DNA of 64,000 nt from Spirochaetia bacterium (GTDB lineage: Bacteria; Spirochaetota; Spirochaetia; DSM-2461): NCBI GenBank assembly GCA_963668315.1, contig OY764216.1, positions 3,680,001 to 3,744,000 of the forward strand, written 5' to 3'. The notes under the pieces are model-generated. The model searched no databases. It had not been told where the DNA came from and saw only the letters and a list, made by a program, of their open reading frames with translations. The stretch's first letter is position 1, and each line of letters starts with the position of its first letter. Shown piece after piece: positions 32,484-42,325 of the stretch. The translations under genes were made by a program, and so were the position numbers.

Positions 32484-34490
32484 ATGGCAACAAAGAAAGT
32501 CCGGTTGAATCCGGAGCAGAAAAAAGCGGTGGACACCATAGAGGGTCCCCTTCTCATAATCGCCGGTGCCGGCAGCGGCAAAACGGGTGTCGTCACATCC
32601 CGGATAGCCAATATGCTGAATCACGGCATACCCCAGGCTTCCATACTGGCCCTGACATTTACCAACAAGGCCGCCCGTGAGATGGAAGAGCGGGTCAAGC
32701 AGATAACGGGCAGCAAGTGCTCCAACCTGACGGTCTCTACCTTCCACTCCTTCGGCGTGCAGATACTGCGGAGGAAAGCCCACTACCTGGGGTACCGGCC
32801 CAATTTTTCCATATACGATCAGAACGATCAGCTGACCTGCCTCAAGGAAGCCTCCAGGGAGCTCAAGCTGACCTATGAATTCCAGGAGCTCAAGGATCTG
32901 GCCTTCTTCTTCTCCGATATAAAGACGGGGCGGAAACAGTGGGACAATACCAACGATCAGCACAAACCCCTGTATCAGGAATTCCTGGAGCATATGAAGC
33001 TTTACAATGCGGTGGACTTCGATGACCTGATCACCGTACCCATTCAGCTGTTTGAGCAGTTTCCCGATGTCCTGGCAGAATATCAGGACCGGTACCGCTA
33101 CATCATGGTGGATGAGTTTCAGGACACCAGTCTTCTTCAGTACCACTTCATCGACCTGATTGCCCGCAAGTACGGCAATATCTGCTGCGTGGGCGATGAT
33201 GACCAGTCCATCTACTCCTGGCGGGGCGCCAACTACCACAATCTCCAGCAGTTCGAAAAGGATTATCCCCACCTGAAGGAGATTAAACTGGAACGGAACT
33301 ACCGCTCCACCGGAACCATACTGGAAGCGGCCAACGCGGTTATCGCCCATAATACCAACCGGAAGGAGAAAGCCCTCTGGACGGAAGACACGGAGCACGA
33401 CAGAACCATAAAAATCGTCAATCCCGATGATGAGAGGCTCGAAGCGGAATTTATCATAGACCGTATCCATGAACTGCGGGCCAGCGACAACATAAAATTC
33501 GGCGATGTGGGGATTCTCGTCAGAACGAACAGTCTCTGCAAAAGCATGGAGGACTCTCTGCTGGCCAACAACATACCCTACACCGTATCGGGGGGCCAGA
33601 GTTTCTTTCAACGCAAGGAGATCAAGGACATTATCGCCTATCTGCGGGTCATCACCAATCCCGATGATGACGTCAATCTCCTGCGGATTATCAACACACC
33701 CCGCCGGGGCATAGGCAAGAAGGCGCTGCAGACGATTGTGGATACGTCGGAGCATCTGAAATGCTCCCTCTATAATGCGATCAACAGCCTTGTGCAGGGG
33801 CAGAACAGCGTTCTCAGGCCAAATACTCTGGGAGACCTCGGCGAATTCATCGAGCTTGTCGAGACCTATCAGGAACGATTTGAAGAGGGGCAGACAAATC
33901 TGGCCGCGGGAGTCAGAGAGCTTTACGAAAGCATCGACTACTGGGGCCATCTAGTGCAGGAATTCGCTGCCTCGGGCAACGAGAAAGCCGCCAAGTACCG
34001 TTTCGACAACCTCCTCCTCTTTGCCGACTTTCTGGAAAGATGGGAGAAAAACTCGGACAACATGGAACCCAGCCTGACCAAATGGCTGAACAGGATTACC
34101 CTTACCACCAAGGACGAAGGAGAAAGTGATAACGGCAAAGTCAATCTTATGACCATTCACGCCTCCAAGGGACTGGAGTTTGACCACGTTTTCCTTGCCG
34201 GTGTGGAAGACGGCATTATCCCCCATGCCCGCTCCGTAGCGGAATCCAAGGATATGGTCGAAGAGGAGAGGCGCCTTTTCTACGTGGCCATTACCAGGGC
34301 AAGGAAAAAGCTTTTCATTACCCACTGCCAGACCCGCCGGACCATGAACGAAACGGTGGAATGCAGCCCTTCTCCCTTCCTGGAAGAGATTCCCGTGGAA
34401 CTTCTGGAACATGTGGAAGATTCGGAATACAACATATCCGAAGAGGAAGCGGCCGACCGGGCCATGGCCAGCATGCCCTGGAACAACTGA
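32484..34490 (+). CDS. UvrD/Rep/PcrA-family ATP-dependent DNA helicase
   Basis: AGAGSGKT, TFTNKAA.EM, DEFQD, VGDDDQSIY.WRGA, NYRST, TIHASKGLEF, EERRLFYVAITRA. Confidence 0.97.
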   Translation: MATKKVRLNPEQKKAVDTIEGPLLIIAGAGSGKTGVVTSRIANMLNHGIPQASILALTFTNKAAREMEERVKQITGSKCSNLTVSTFHSFGVQILRRKAHYLGYRPNFSIYDQNDQLTCLKEASRELKLTYEFQELKDLAFFFSDIKTGRKQWDNTNDQHKPLYQEFLEHMKLYNAVDFDDLITVPIQLFEQFPDVLAEYQDRYRYIMVDEFQDTSLLQYHFIDLIARKYGNICCVGDDDQSIYSWRGANYHNLQQFEKDYPHLKEIKLERNYRSTGTILEAANAVIAHNTNRKEKALWTEDTEHDRTIKIVNPDDERLEAEFIIDRIHELRASDNIKFGDVGILVRTNSLCKSMEDSLLANNIPYTVSGGQSFFQRKEIKDIIAYLRVITNPDDDVNLLRIINTPRRGIGKKALQTIVDTSEHLKCSLYNAINSLVQGQNSVLRPNTLGDLGEFIELVETYQERFEEGQTNLAAGVRELYESIDYWGHLVQEFAASGNEKAAKYRFDNLLLFADFLERWEKNSDNMEPSLTKWLNRITLTTKDEGESDNGKVNLMTIHASKGLEFDHVFLAGVEDGIIPHARSVAESKDMVEEERRLFYVAITRARKKLFITHCQTRRTMNETVECSPSPFLEEIPVELLEHVEDSEYNISEEEAADRAMASMPWNN

Positions 34491-35623
34491 TGGTATACGC
34501 CTCTTTCCAGAATCGGCTGAACCGCTTCGTCGTAGAGTGCCGCCTCGCCTCAGGAGAGGAGGTCAGAGCCCACCTCCCCAATCCCGGCCGCCTGTGGGAG
34601 CTTCTCTACCCGGGGGTCACACTACTCCTGGCCGACGGAAAACAGGGAAAGTACGCCTACGGCGTTCTGGCCGTTCAGAAGGAGGAAAAATGGGTTTACC
34701 TGCATACTCTGGGGAATAATGATCTGGCCGAACGGCTTTTGAGAAACCGGTCCGTAAAGGGACTGGAAGAGTACAATATCCTACGCCGGGAGGTGTCCCC
34801 CTCCGATTCGTCAAGCCGCTTCGATTTCCTTCTGGAGAGGGAGGGTGAACCCCTGTGGCTGGAAGTGAAAATGTGCTCCCTCTTCCAGAACAGAGCCGCC
34901 ATGTTTCCCGATGCCCCCACCCTGAGGGGGCAGCATCACCTGGAAGAACTGGCCCGGCTTCATGACCAGGGGTATCACTGCGCCGTTCTCTTTATTATCC
35001 AGGACCTTGAGGCTGATTTTTTCCTCCCCGAATACCACACGGATCCCCGTTTCGCCGAACTTTTCTATGAACTGCGCCGCAAAATCGACTACTATGCCGT
35101 GGGAACGGCCATTAATGCCGACTTGACCTGGAAACCGGAAGTAAAACAGGTACAGATACCTCTGGAACGGCTTCCCGGGAACAACCGTGACGAAGGAATC
35201 TACCTATTGCTGCTGGAACTGGAGAATGAGGAAACCGTGACAATCGGTTCACTGGGTGCCAGGAAATTTCCCGCCGGCTGGTACATCTATGTGGGATCGG
35301 CCAGAAAAAACCTGACGAAAAGGCTGGAAAGGCATGTCAGGAAGAGGAAAAAATACCACTGGCATATCGATTATCTCAGAAGCAGAGCCTCCCAGGCCAA
35401 AGGGATTCCCATACGGACTCAGGAAGAGGGAGAGTGCCTCTTAGCCTCAGAAATAGGCCGTATTTTTCCCGCTTCGGGACCAAAGCCTTCCCCCTCAACC
35501 GGCTTCGGCTGCAGCGACTGCTCCTGCGAAACCCATCTGTTCTATTCCCCCGGCAATCCGCTTGACAACAGGGCATTCATAGAAAACCTCCTCCGCTGGA
35601 GAATGGAAAAACCCCTCTCATAA
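34490..35623 (+). CDS. sfsA: SfsA-family nuclease fused to a DUF123 (GIY-YIG-like) domain
   Basis: NRF...AHLPNPGRL.EL, SRFDF, EVK, FPDAPT.RG..HL, then GIYLLLL..YVGSA, HWHIDYL, GFGCSDCSC.THL; ATG overlaps the helicase TGA. Confidence 0.9.
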   Translation: MVYASFQNRLNRFVVECRLASGEEVRAHLPNPGRLWELLYPGVTLLLADGKQGKYAYGVLAVQKEEKWVYLHTLGNNDLAERLLRNRSVKGLEEYNILRREVSPSDSSSRFDFLLEREGEPLWLEVKMCSLFQNRAAMFPDAPTLRGQHHLEELARLHDQGYHCAVLFIIQDLEADFFLPEYHTDPRFAELFYELRRKIDYYAVGTAINADLTWKPEVKQVQIPLERLPGNNRDEGIYLLLLELENEETVTIGSLGARKFPAGWYIYVGSARKNLTKRLERHVRKRKKYHWHIDYLRSRASQAKGIPIRTQEEGECLLASEIGRIFPASGPKPSPSTGFGCSDCSCETHLFYSPGNPLDNRAFIENLLRWRMEKPLS

Positions 35624-35653
35624 AAAAAGCCGGCTGTGAACCGGCTTTTTTTA
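35621..35653. terminator. Bidirectional intrinsic terminator
   Basis: TAAAAAAAGCCGG-CTGTGAA-CCGGCTTTTTTTA. Confidence 0.92.
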
Positions 35654-35661
35654 CGTGTAAT

Positions 35662-37242
35662 TTATTTCAGCAATGCTGCGGACTTCTCTTTACCGATGGT
35701 ATGGAGGAAGCTTATAAGCCTCGGCCCTTTCTCCTTGCCGATGAGAGCCTTGTAGACCAGAGTAAAAAACTCGGCGGATTCCAGATTACGTTCTTTCATC
35801 AGATCGTAAACCAGATTTCCCCACTCCTTCTCGGGCATGGTCCCCATAGTCTCTTCAATCAGCCTTCCCAGGGCCTGAACGGCTTCCCTGTCTGTATCAC
35901 TCATCTCGGGAAGGGGCGATCCCACCTCTCTCAGGCTGAACCGGAAATCCTCGGGAGCGTAGTTCTTTACCCAGAACCAGGCGCATTCCGCCCTGTTGCG
36001 GAATTTAGCCAGCTGGTCTTCCTGAATATCGCCGAGATAATTGATCACTCCCTCGATATCCCCGGAATGGATCTGAAGCAGATTGCATAAATGGCGGATC
36101 TGTATCTGGTAGGGCATTGTGGCCGGAACGTCCCTGACCTGGCTCAGTTCATAAATACGGGCCTGCTTTTCCCATTTTTTCATGGCCTTCTCGGAATCGG
36201 GCTTGTCAAAATAGGTTCTTTCACATTTATCGTAGTCCTCGTAAACCTTGAGGACATCCAGATCAAAACTGATGGCAAATTCCGAATTAGGTCTCGTTCC
36301 GGCGAAAAGAAAACGGATAACTTCCGGCTGATATACTTCCAGAACGTCTTTAAGGGAAACGACCTCACCGCTTGAAGAGGAGATTTTACCCGCCCCGCCC
36401 TTGATGCGTATGAAATCATACTGAAAAGTTACGGGAGGCTCATGGCCGAAAACCTCTTTTCCCGTCAGCTTGGCCGTGTCAAAACTGCCGCCTTCGGAGT
36501 GGTGGTCCTTACCGGCCGGTTCAAAATCCACGTCCTCTTCCTTCCAGCGCATGGGCCAGTCGATACGCCAGGGCAGCTTTACAGCGGGAGTTGTCTGAAG
36601 ATCCACCGTCTCCTTATGGCCGCATTCGCATTCATAGGATACGCCCCATTCCCCGTCCCAGCCGGTCACTTTGGTTGTATCCCTGTCACAGGCAGTACAG
36701 AAAACGGAAACGGGCCACCAGTCCTCGGCAAGAGGAGCGGTTCTGTGGGCATCCAGCTCACGGCGTATGGTATCGCGGTTTTCCAGGGCTTTTCTTATTC
36801 CCGGAGCATAACGGGAAGAGCGGTAACGATCGGCCTGATAGATATATTCCGGTTCGATTCCTACCAGGGGAAGAAGTTTTTCCAGATCCTTCTCATTCTT
36901 CCGGGCATAGCTGTCTTCCTCGCCCAGGACATCGGGAACCAGGGTAATCGGCTTTCTCAGGTAGGTCTCGAGGAGCTCCTGCTGAGGCATATTTTTGGGT
37001 ACTTTTCTGAATACATCATACTCATCCCAGGAGTAGATAAAGCGAACATTCTCACCTTTTTCGGCAAGAGCCCGTGCCACCAGCTCCACGGAGATGATCT
37101 CCCGGAAATTTCCGATATGAACAGTACCGGAAGGGGTGATACCGGAAGCGCATGTATACTGCGCCTTGGGGCCTCGCTCTCTTATAATCTTATCGGCGGT
37201 TACATCCGCCCAGTGGGTTGACTTGGGTCTCTCATTACTCAT
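35662..37242 (-). CDS. lysS: Class I lysyl-tRNA synthetase
   Basis: HWAD, GITPSGTVHIGNFRE (HIGH), KLPWRIDWPMRW, EPAGKDH, KISSSSG (KMSKS), GPRL. Confidence 0.97.
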   Translation of the reverse strand: MSNERPKSTHWADVTADKIIRERGPKAQYTCASGITPSGTVHIGNFREIISVELVARALAEKGENVRFIYSWDEYDVFRKVPKNMPQQELLETYLRKPITLVPDVLGEEDSYARKNEKDLEKLLPLVGIEPEYIYQADRYRSSRYAPGIRKALENRDTIRRELDAHRTAPLAEDWWPVSVFCTACDRDTTKVTGWDGEWGVSYECECGHKETVDLQTTPAVKLPWRIDWPMRWKEEDVDFEPAGKDHHSEGGSFDTAKLTGKEVFGHEPPVTFQYDFIRIKGGAGKISSSSGEVVSLKDVLEVYQPEVIRFLFAGTRPNSEFAISFDLDVLKVYEDYDKCERTYFDKPDSEKAMKKWEKQARIYELSQVRDVPATMPYQIQIRHLCNLLQIHSGDIEGVINYLGDIQEDQLAKFRNRAECAWFWVKNYAPEDFRFSLREVGSPLPEMSDTDREAVQALGRLIEETMGTMPEKEWGNLVYDLMKERNLESAEFFTLVYKALIGKEKGPRLISFLHTIGKEKSAALLK

Positions 37243-37256
37243 AGAGAGCTATTATA

Positions 37257-38432
37257 TTAAAAGAACTTATCCAAATCAAGTAACATATCTACCATAACGG
37301 CAGAATGCCAGTCCATACCGGAAGAATTTAATCTCAGAGTCTTATCATCAAGAACAACTTTCCCCTTCCATTTAGTCAGAGTTCTCTCAAACAGGGACTT
37401 TAAGTCGGCCTGTTCCGAAAACTCCGTCAGGAGCGAAATATCCACACCCTGCCTGGTCCGAAGTCCCATCATGATAATTTCTTCAACCCTTTCCTTGGGA
37501 CTGACAGATTCGCGTCTGTAGAAAGATCCGGAGGATTTCAAATCATCGTCGCCGCCGTTGAGAAACCCTTCCAGTGTTCCGCCGGTAAAACGGTTTGCAC
37601 CATCCATCATGGAGGCGGCACCCGCGCCCAATCCGAGCCACCGTCCCGATTGCCAGTAGACCATATTGTGACGGGAATACCTGCCGTCACGGCAGAATGA
37701 GGAGATCTCATACCGCTCATAACCGTTACACCGAATCATTTCAAGCCCCTGTTCCCAGGCCTCCTCCATGGATTCGTCGTCGGGAAGAATATCGGTTCCC
37801 CTTTCGAGTCTCTGCGAGAGGGCTGTCCCCTCTTCCACAGTCAGCTGGTACAAGGAAAAATGGGGCGGTTCAAGAGCTAAAAGCTGCTGAAGATCCTGGA
37901 GCTGACTCCCTGCCGATTGTCCGGGATAGGCGAAAATATAGTCGGCCGACCATGTCCCACTCCACCCCTTAAGCATTCGGACGGCTTCCAGGGCCTGTTC
38001 CCTGCCGGCAAGCCGTCCCATCCGTTTCAGAATATTTTCATCCAGGGACTGAATCCCCATGCTCACTCTGTTAATTCCCAGGGACGCATAGGCTTCCAGA
38101 AGTTCAGGTGTCAAAGATTCGGGATTAACTTCTATGGTAGTTTCTCGCCCGTCAGAAAGGGAGAATCCCAGACTTTTCAATAATCTCCCCAGCTCTTCTG
38201 CGGGCAGCAGGGACGGAGTCCCTCCCCCGATGTAAAGAGTCGCTATGCCGGATATCTCGAACTCATCCCTTAACACCTTCCATTGGCGGATTAGTTTATC
38301 GGTATATGCCCTGTAGAGACTCTCTTCGGGAAGGGGTGCGGCGGAAAGGGCGCAGGAATAAAAATCACAATAGGAGCACCTTTTTCGGCAAAAGGGTATA
38401 TGAATATAGAGAGACGGATTAATGGATGACAC
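37257..38432 (-). CDS. hemW: Radical SAM heme chaperone HemW (HemN-like)
   Basis: LYIHIPFCRKRCSYCDF, YIGGGTPS, RYEISSF, HN..YW; start taken at GTG 38432, overlapping the lepB end. Confidence 0.9.
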   Translation of the reverse strand: MSSINPSLYIHIPFCRKRCSYCDFYSCALSAAPLPEESLYRAYTDKLIRQWKVLRDEFEISGIATLYIGGGTPSLLPAEELGRLLKSLGFSLSDGRETTIEVNPESLTPELLEAYASLGINRVSMGIQSLDENILKRMGRLAGREQALEAVRMLKGWSGTWSADYIFAYPGQSAGSQLQDLQQLLALEPPHFSLYQLTVEEGTALSQRLERGTDILPDDESMEEAWEQGLEMIRCNGYERYEISSFCRDGRYSRHNMVYWQSGRWLGLGAGAASMMDGANRFTGGTLEGFLNGGDDDLKSSGSFYRRESVSPKERVEEIIMMGLRTRQGVDISLLTEFSEQADLKSLFERTLTKWKGKVVLDDKTLRLNSSGMDWHSAVMVDMLLDLDKFF

Positions 38433-39135
38433 CGAATTGAGAAAGGGGCCAGTAGACGAAAAGAAGTTTTCCCTTGATATTTTCTTCCGGCAGTATTCCC
38501 CAGTAATAGGAATCATTGGAATATCTTCTGTTATCTCCCAGAACGAAATATTCCCCGTCATTCAATGTCAGCTCGGGGAGATTTCCATTGAGCGGACCAT
38601 TATCGCTGGCGAAGCCGTCATTATTGTCGATCCGGACATCGTACTCCCTGTCGGAACACTCGAATTCGGTCAGAAAATAGGGCTCATCCTTCTTCTTGAT
38701 ATGGAGAATCCAATTTTCCATTTTTACCGTATCTCCGGGAACCGCCACAACCCTTTTTATCATATAACGGTTGACCCATCCTTCACGGGGATAAAAAGAG
38801 ACCTGAAGCTTCTGAAAAGTAAAAAAACCGACAGCCCGGTTCAGTATGTTAACAAGGAAATGTTCCTGCTCATAGAAGGGAGCTTCTATCAGAACCACCT
38901 CTCCCCTCTCCATCTCCTTGACTCTGCGAATGGGATGAAAGAGAGAGCATGACCCTTTTTCCAGAACCGGCTCCATGGAAACCGAACCGGCGCGAATGGT
39001 CGATATGACAAAGGAAGTAAAGGCTATGAAAATGACTACGCCCAAAAGGACTTTAAGTATTAGGATATTTCTCTTATGGATAGAACTCAATCTGTCCCGG
39101 GACGATAACCTGTGCTGTGTCTTGCTGAACGGCAT
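38419..39135 (-). CDS. lepB: Signal peptidase I
   Basis: S.SMEP.L, IKRVVAVPGD, YFVLGDNR..SNDS..WG; start MPFSKT with SD AGGAG. Confidence 0.94.
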   Translation of the reverse strand: MPFSKTQHRLSSRDRLSSIHKRNILILKVLLGVVIFIAFTSFVISTIRAGSVSMEPVLEKGSCSLFHPIRRVKEMERGEVVLIEAPFYEQEHFLVNILNRAVGFFTFQKLQVSFYPREGWVNRYMIKRVVAVPGDTVKMENWILHIKKKDEPYFLTEFECSDREYDVRIDNNDGFASDNGPLNGNLPELTLNDGEYFVLGDNRRYSNDSYYWGILPEENIKGKLLFVYWPLSQFGVIH

Positions 39136-39228
39136 ATACTCTCCTGAACATAGGGAGGATAACATAAACATCGAGTGAGAACAACTGAAAATGGACAGGT
39201 TCTCTTTTTTTTGATATACTCTTCAGTT

Positions 39229-39702
39229 ATGGCAATTAAATCAAAGAAAAAAGCGGGACATCTGGCAGAAAACAGAAAAGCCCGCTTCAATTACATTATT
39301 GAAGAAACACTGGAATGCGGCATCGTTCTCCAGGGGACGGAAGTTAAATCCGTTAAAGCCGGACACATCTCCTTTCCCGACTCCTTTGTCGAAATTTCCA
39401 AGGGAGAGATGTTCATCAAAAATCTCCAAATTACCCCCTGGGATTTTGGCAACATATTCAACCATCGAATAGACCGCTATCGCAAATTACTGGCCCATAA
39501 AAAGGAAATTGAGAGGTTGGAACGAAAAGTTAATGAACGGGGCTATACCCTAATCCCCTTGAAGTTCTACCTGGTCAACGGAAGGGTTAAAGTGGAAATA
39601 GGCCTCTGCAAAGGTAAGAAAGACTTTGACAAGAGAGCCTCCATCAGGGACAGAGATGTTAAACGGGATATGGACAGAGAGGTACGGAGAAAATATCTTT
39701 AA
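39229..39702 (+). CDS. smpB: SsrA-binding protein SmpB
   Basis: NRKARFNY, GIVLQGTEVKS, RKLLAHKKEI, GKKDFDKR. Confidence 0.98.
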   Translation: MAIKSKKKAGHLAENRKARFNYIIEETLECGIVLQGTEVKSVKAGHISFPDSFVEISKGEMFIKNLQITPWDFGNIFNHRIDRYRKLLAHKKEIERLERKVNERGYTLIPLKFYLVNGRVKVEIGLCKGKKDFDKRASIRDRDVKRDMDREVRRKYL

Positions 39703-39720
39703 AGAGTTTTTCCTGAGCTG

Positions 39721-39749
39721 TTGACAAAGAATTCATAATATTTTATAGT
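39721..39749 (+). promoter_or_regulatory. sigma70 promoter of tRNA-Val
   Basis: TTGACA-N17-TATAGT. Confidence 0.8.
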
Positions 39750-39762
39750 CTTCAAGCGTAAC

Positions 39763-39836
39763 GGAGGATTAGCTCAGCTGGTTAGAGTACTTGCTTGACA
39801 TGCAAGGGGTCGATGGTTCGAGTCCATTATCCTCCA
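39763..39836 (+). tRNA. tRNA-Val(GAC)
   Basis: GGAGGAT acceptor, TAGCTCAG-CTGG D-arm, CTTGC-TT-GAC-AT-GCAAG anticodon arm, GATGG-TTCGAGT-CCATT T-arm. CCA not encoded. Confidence 0.97.
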
Positions 39837-39865
39837 CTTTTGTAATTCATTACAACGGAAGCAAT

Positions 39866-39903
39866 TAAAGGCATCGTTTCTCATAACGGTGCCTTTATTT
39901 TTT
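39866..39903 (+). terminator. Intrinsic terminator after tRNA-Val
   Basis: TAAAGGCATCGTT-loop-AACGGTGCCTTTA followed by a T-run. Confidence 0.85.
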
Positions 39904-39945
39904 ACTGAGAATCATTTTCAGATTAGATCAGGTTATAAATAATCA

Positions 39946-39987
39946 AGCACCGGACTCCTCAGGAGAAATCCCTCGGAATCCGGTGCT
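39946..39987 (-). terminator. Hairpin after cheY (possible terminator)
   Basis: AGCACCGGA...TCCGGTGCT stem just downstream of cheY. Confidence 0.5.
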
Positions 39988-40017
39988 CATAATTACGTCT
40001 ACTTCAGGCTGTTCCGC

Positions 40018-40452
40018 CTATTTACAGACGCTTACTACCCTTTCAAGCACTTGGCTTCGGTTCAGCGGCTTGACAATATAATTCTTCGCCCCGACCATGA
40101 GGGATTTTTTCACAAGATCCTGCTTACCGAGGGCGCTCACCATTATAACTTTGGCATCTTTATCAAATTCTATGATCTTCTCCAAAGCGGTAATACCGTC
40201 CATCTTAGGCATGGTAATATCCATGGTGACGAGATCTACATTGGGATAGAGTTCTTTATATTTTTCCACCCCTTCTTCGCCGTCGCCTGCCGTGGCGATT
40301 ACTTCAAACCCCTCGGAAGTGAGGATCTGATTTATCTGTTTGGTTACAAACATGGAATCATCCACGACCAGAACACGATAAGCTTTTCCGTCGGAATTGA
40401 CACCTTCCGGGTCTCTTTCGTTCAAAGAAGGAAAATCGCTATTCGTTTTCAT
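40018..40452 (-). CDS. cheY: Chemotaxis response regulator CheY (spirochaete type with N-terminal extension)
   Basis: VLVVDDS, MDITMPKMDG, SALG, YIVKP; last gene of the che cluster. Confidence 0.95.
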   Translation of the reverse strand: MKTNSDFPSLNERDPEGVNSDGKAYRVLVVDDSMFVTKQINQILTSEGFEVIATAGDGEEGVEKYKELYPNVDLVTMDITMPKMDGITALEKIIEFDKDAKVIMVSALGKQDLVKKSLMVGAKNYIVKPLNRSQVLERVVSVCK

Positions 40453-40468
40453 ATTCCCAAATGCTCCT

Positions 40469-40933
40469 TTATACCCGCTCTCTTATGGCTACGTTAATTT
40501 CCACCAAACCCTGGGGAACGCTCAAAGGAACAATCAGAGCCTCTACATTCATGTCCGACACCTGCATGTTGTCTCCGGTAATAATCGAAGGAGGGGTCAG
40601 GTCAAACTTAAAGCCAAGGTCATGAAGCTTCGTAACAGCCTGGCCCGTAACCATATTGGCAAGTTCCGTAATCGTGGCTTTCACAAGTTCGTCCATCTCG
40701 GTTAACTTCTCTCCGTTCATGGCGGAAGCAATACCCAGGGCAGACTCCTTTGACATATCAATAAGAACACGGCCCTCAACATCACCAGCTAAACCGACGA
40801 GGGCGGCTACGCCCATAACGGGCTGGGATGTTTTTTTTAAGTACAGTTCTTTCCTGACAACTTCTTCCTGAAGAACTTCCTTCATTATACTGAACGCTGC
40901 CTCAACAAAAGGATTAATGTATTCAACTCTCAT
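40469..40933 (-). CDS. cheX: CheY-P phosphatase CheX
   Basis: MRVEYINPF, GLAGDVEG, ELANM (E-x-x-N), DLTPP; SD AGGAG. Confidence 0.96.
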   Translation of the reverse strand: MRVEYINPFVEAAFSIMKEVLQEEVVRKELYLKKTSQPVMGVAALVGLAGDVEGRVLIDMSKESALGIASAMNGEKLTEMDELVKATITELANMVTGQAVTKLHDLGFKFDLTPPSIITGDNMQVSDMNVEALIVPLSVPQGLVEINVAIRERV

Positions 40934-40988
40934 TCGGTTCAACTCCTATCTATATTACTATTATATACAATTTACCGATTCTTACAAT

Positions 40989-42314
40989 TTATTTTTTTAT
41001 ATAGACTCTGATTCCGTCAACCATGGTCTCATCAAAACCCAGATTTTCATCAATCATTTCATTTTTACCAATAAGCAGTATGCCGCCCGGCTTCAGATTT
41101 TCCATAATGAGTTTCAATACGTAAGACTGAGACTCCGACGGCAGGAGTGAAAGTATATCTCTCATAACAACCATATCCAGGGCGGGAAGATTAGCTTCAT
41201 TCACAAGATCGTGATATTCGAAAATAATGGAATTTTTAACGGCGTCATTAAACTGCCATTTCCCCGAAACCGATTCGACCAGCATATCTTTGTAGTATTC
41301 AGGAACGAATTCCCGGTCAACATTTAAGGTAGGAGCCGAGGAAATCGCCATAAGATCATTATCATAGGCCAGGATTTTCAGAAGAGTACCGGGAAATGTC
41401 TTTTTTATTACGGTGGCTATGGAAAATGATTCCAGACCGTTTCCGCATCCTCCGTTGAGGATATAATAGGTGCTGCCCATGGAAGCGGGAAGAATCTTTT
41501 TAAAGGACTGAATATAATCCATGTTCCAGAGATTATCCGTATGGGGAGAATAGAAGGGCTTCACAAAGGCTACGGCATCCTCCTCATTCCTGAACTGGAT
41601 CTCCTTGCCCTCTCTCTTTCTATCCTGGCTCCACGTCGCATAGCGCTGCTTAACCCAGTCCACATTGATGGAGGTTACAAACATTTTCTTAAAGGTCTTC
41701 AACGACTCGGAAATAAACTGAATGTTCAGCTCTTCCTCGGAGGCGTCGGCGGACGGCTCAGCCATAACAGGAACGGCGGGAGCGACCGGCACGGAAACCT
41801 GCTCGCTCACCTCCGTCTCTTCGGAATTGAAGATTCTCTCCACATCAAGTATGACATAGAGCTTCTTATCCGATTCGACAATTCCCGAAATATACTTGAC
41901 GTTAATGTCACCGAAAAGGGGATGGGGGGGCTGAATTGAATCGGAAGGAATGCCCACGACCTTATCTATCGTGTCGACGATGACCGCTATGGTATGATCC
42001 TCCAGACGAAGAATGATCATATTTTCCAGATTTTTCTGGTCCATTCCTCTCTGGGATATATTGTGCTGATTAAAGAAGATACGCAGATCAATCACCGAGA
42101 TAATATCACCCCTGAGATTATACACACCCACGACAAAGGGGGCGGCATTCGGCACGTAGGTGAATTTATTATCCTTGGAGATCTCCTTGACCTTCATTAT
42201 ATCAATGGCATAGTCTCTTCCGGCCAGCGTAAAGGTTACCATACGAAAGTCTACGTTAGCCACGGAGTTTTTTTCTTCCAGTATGTCCTGTTGTTCCATT
42301 GCCAAATTATCCAT
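40989..42314 (-). CDS. cheW: CheW fused to a CheR-like domain (spirochaete CheW3 type)
   Basis: N-terminal CheW (YAIDIMKVKEI, VGVYNLRG.II.VIDL); C-terminal methyltransferase-like region (GCGNGLESFSIA, FEYHDL, LKPGGILLIG.NE). Confidence 0.93.
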   Translation of the reverse strand: MDNLAMEQQDILEEKNSVANVDFRMVTFTLAGRDYAIDIMKVKEISKDNKFTYVPNAAPFVVGVYNLRGDIISVIDLRIFFNQHNISQRGMDQKNLENMIILRLEDHTIAVIVDTIDKVVGIPSDSIQPPHPLFGDINVKYISGIVESDKKLYVILDVERIFNSEETEVSEQVSVPVAPAVPVMAEPSADASEEELNIQFISESLKTFKKMFVTSINVDWVKQRYATWSQDRKREGKEIQFRNEEDAVAFVKPFYSPHTDNLWNMDYIQSFKKILPASMGSTYYILNGGCGNGLESFSIATVIKKTFPGTLLKILAYDNDLMAISSAPTLNVDREFVPEYYKDMLVESVSGKWQFNDAVKNSIIFEYHDLVNEANLPALDMVVMRDILSLLPSESQSYVLKLIMENLKPGGILLIGKNEMIDENLGFDETMVDGIRVYIKK

Positions 42315-42325
42315 CTAGGTCTCCT

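Noticed and set aside
30725..33950. Very long antisense ORFs opposite parE (518 aa) and the helicase (493 aa)
   Set aside because: They mirror conserved genes in register, have no recognisable motifs, and are explained by codon bias that suppresses antisense stops.
34361..34489. 43-aa N-terminal extension of the SfsA ORF
   Set aside because: It overlaps the helicase C-terminus; the ATG at 34490 (TGATG coupling) gives the canonical SfsA start.
39837..40017. Palindrome TTGTAAT-TC-ATTACAA and hairpins after tRNA-Val as a possible integration scar
   Set aside because: No integrase fragment or duplicated tRNA end; terminators of the convergent units explain the hairpins.
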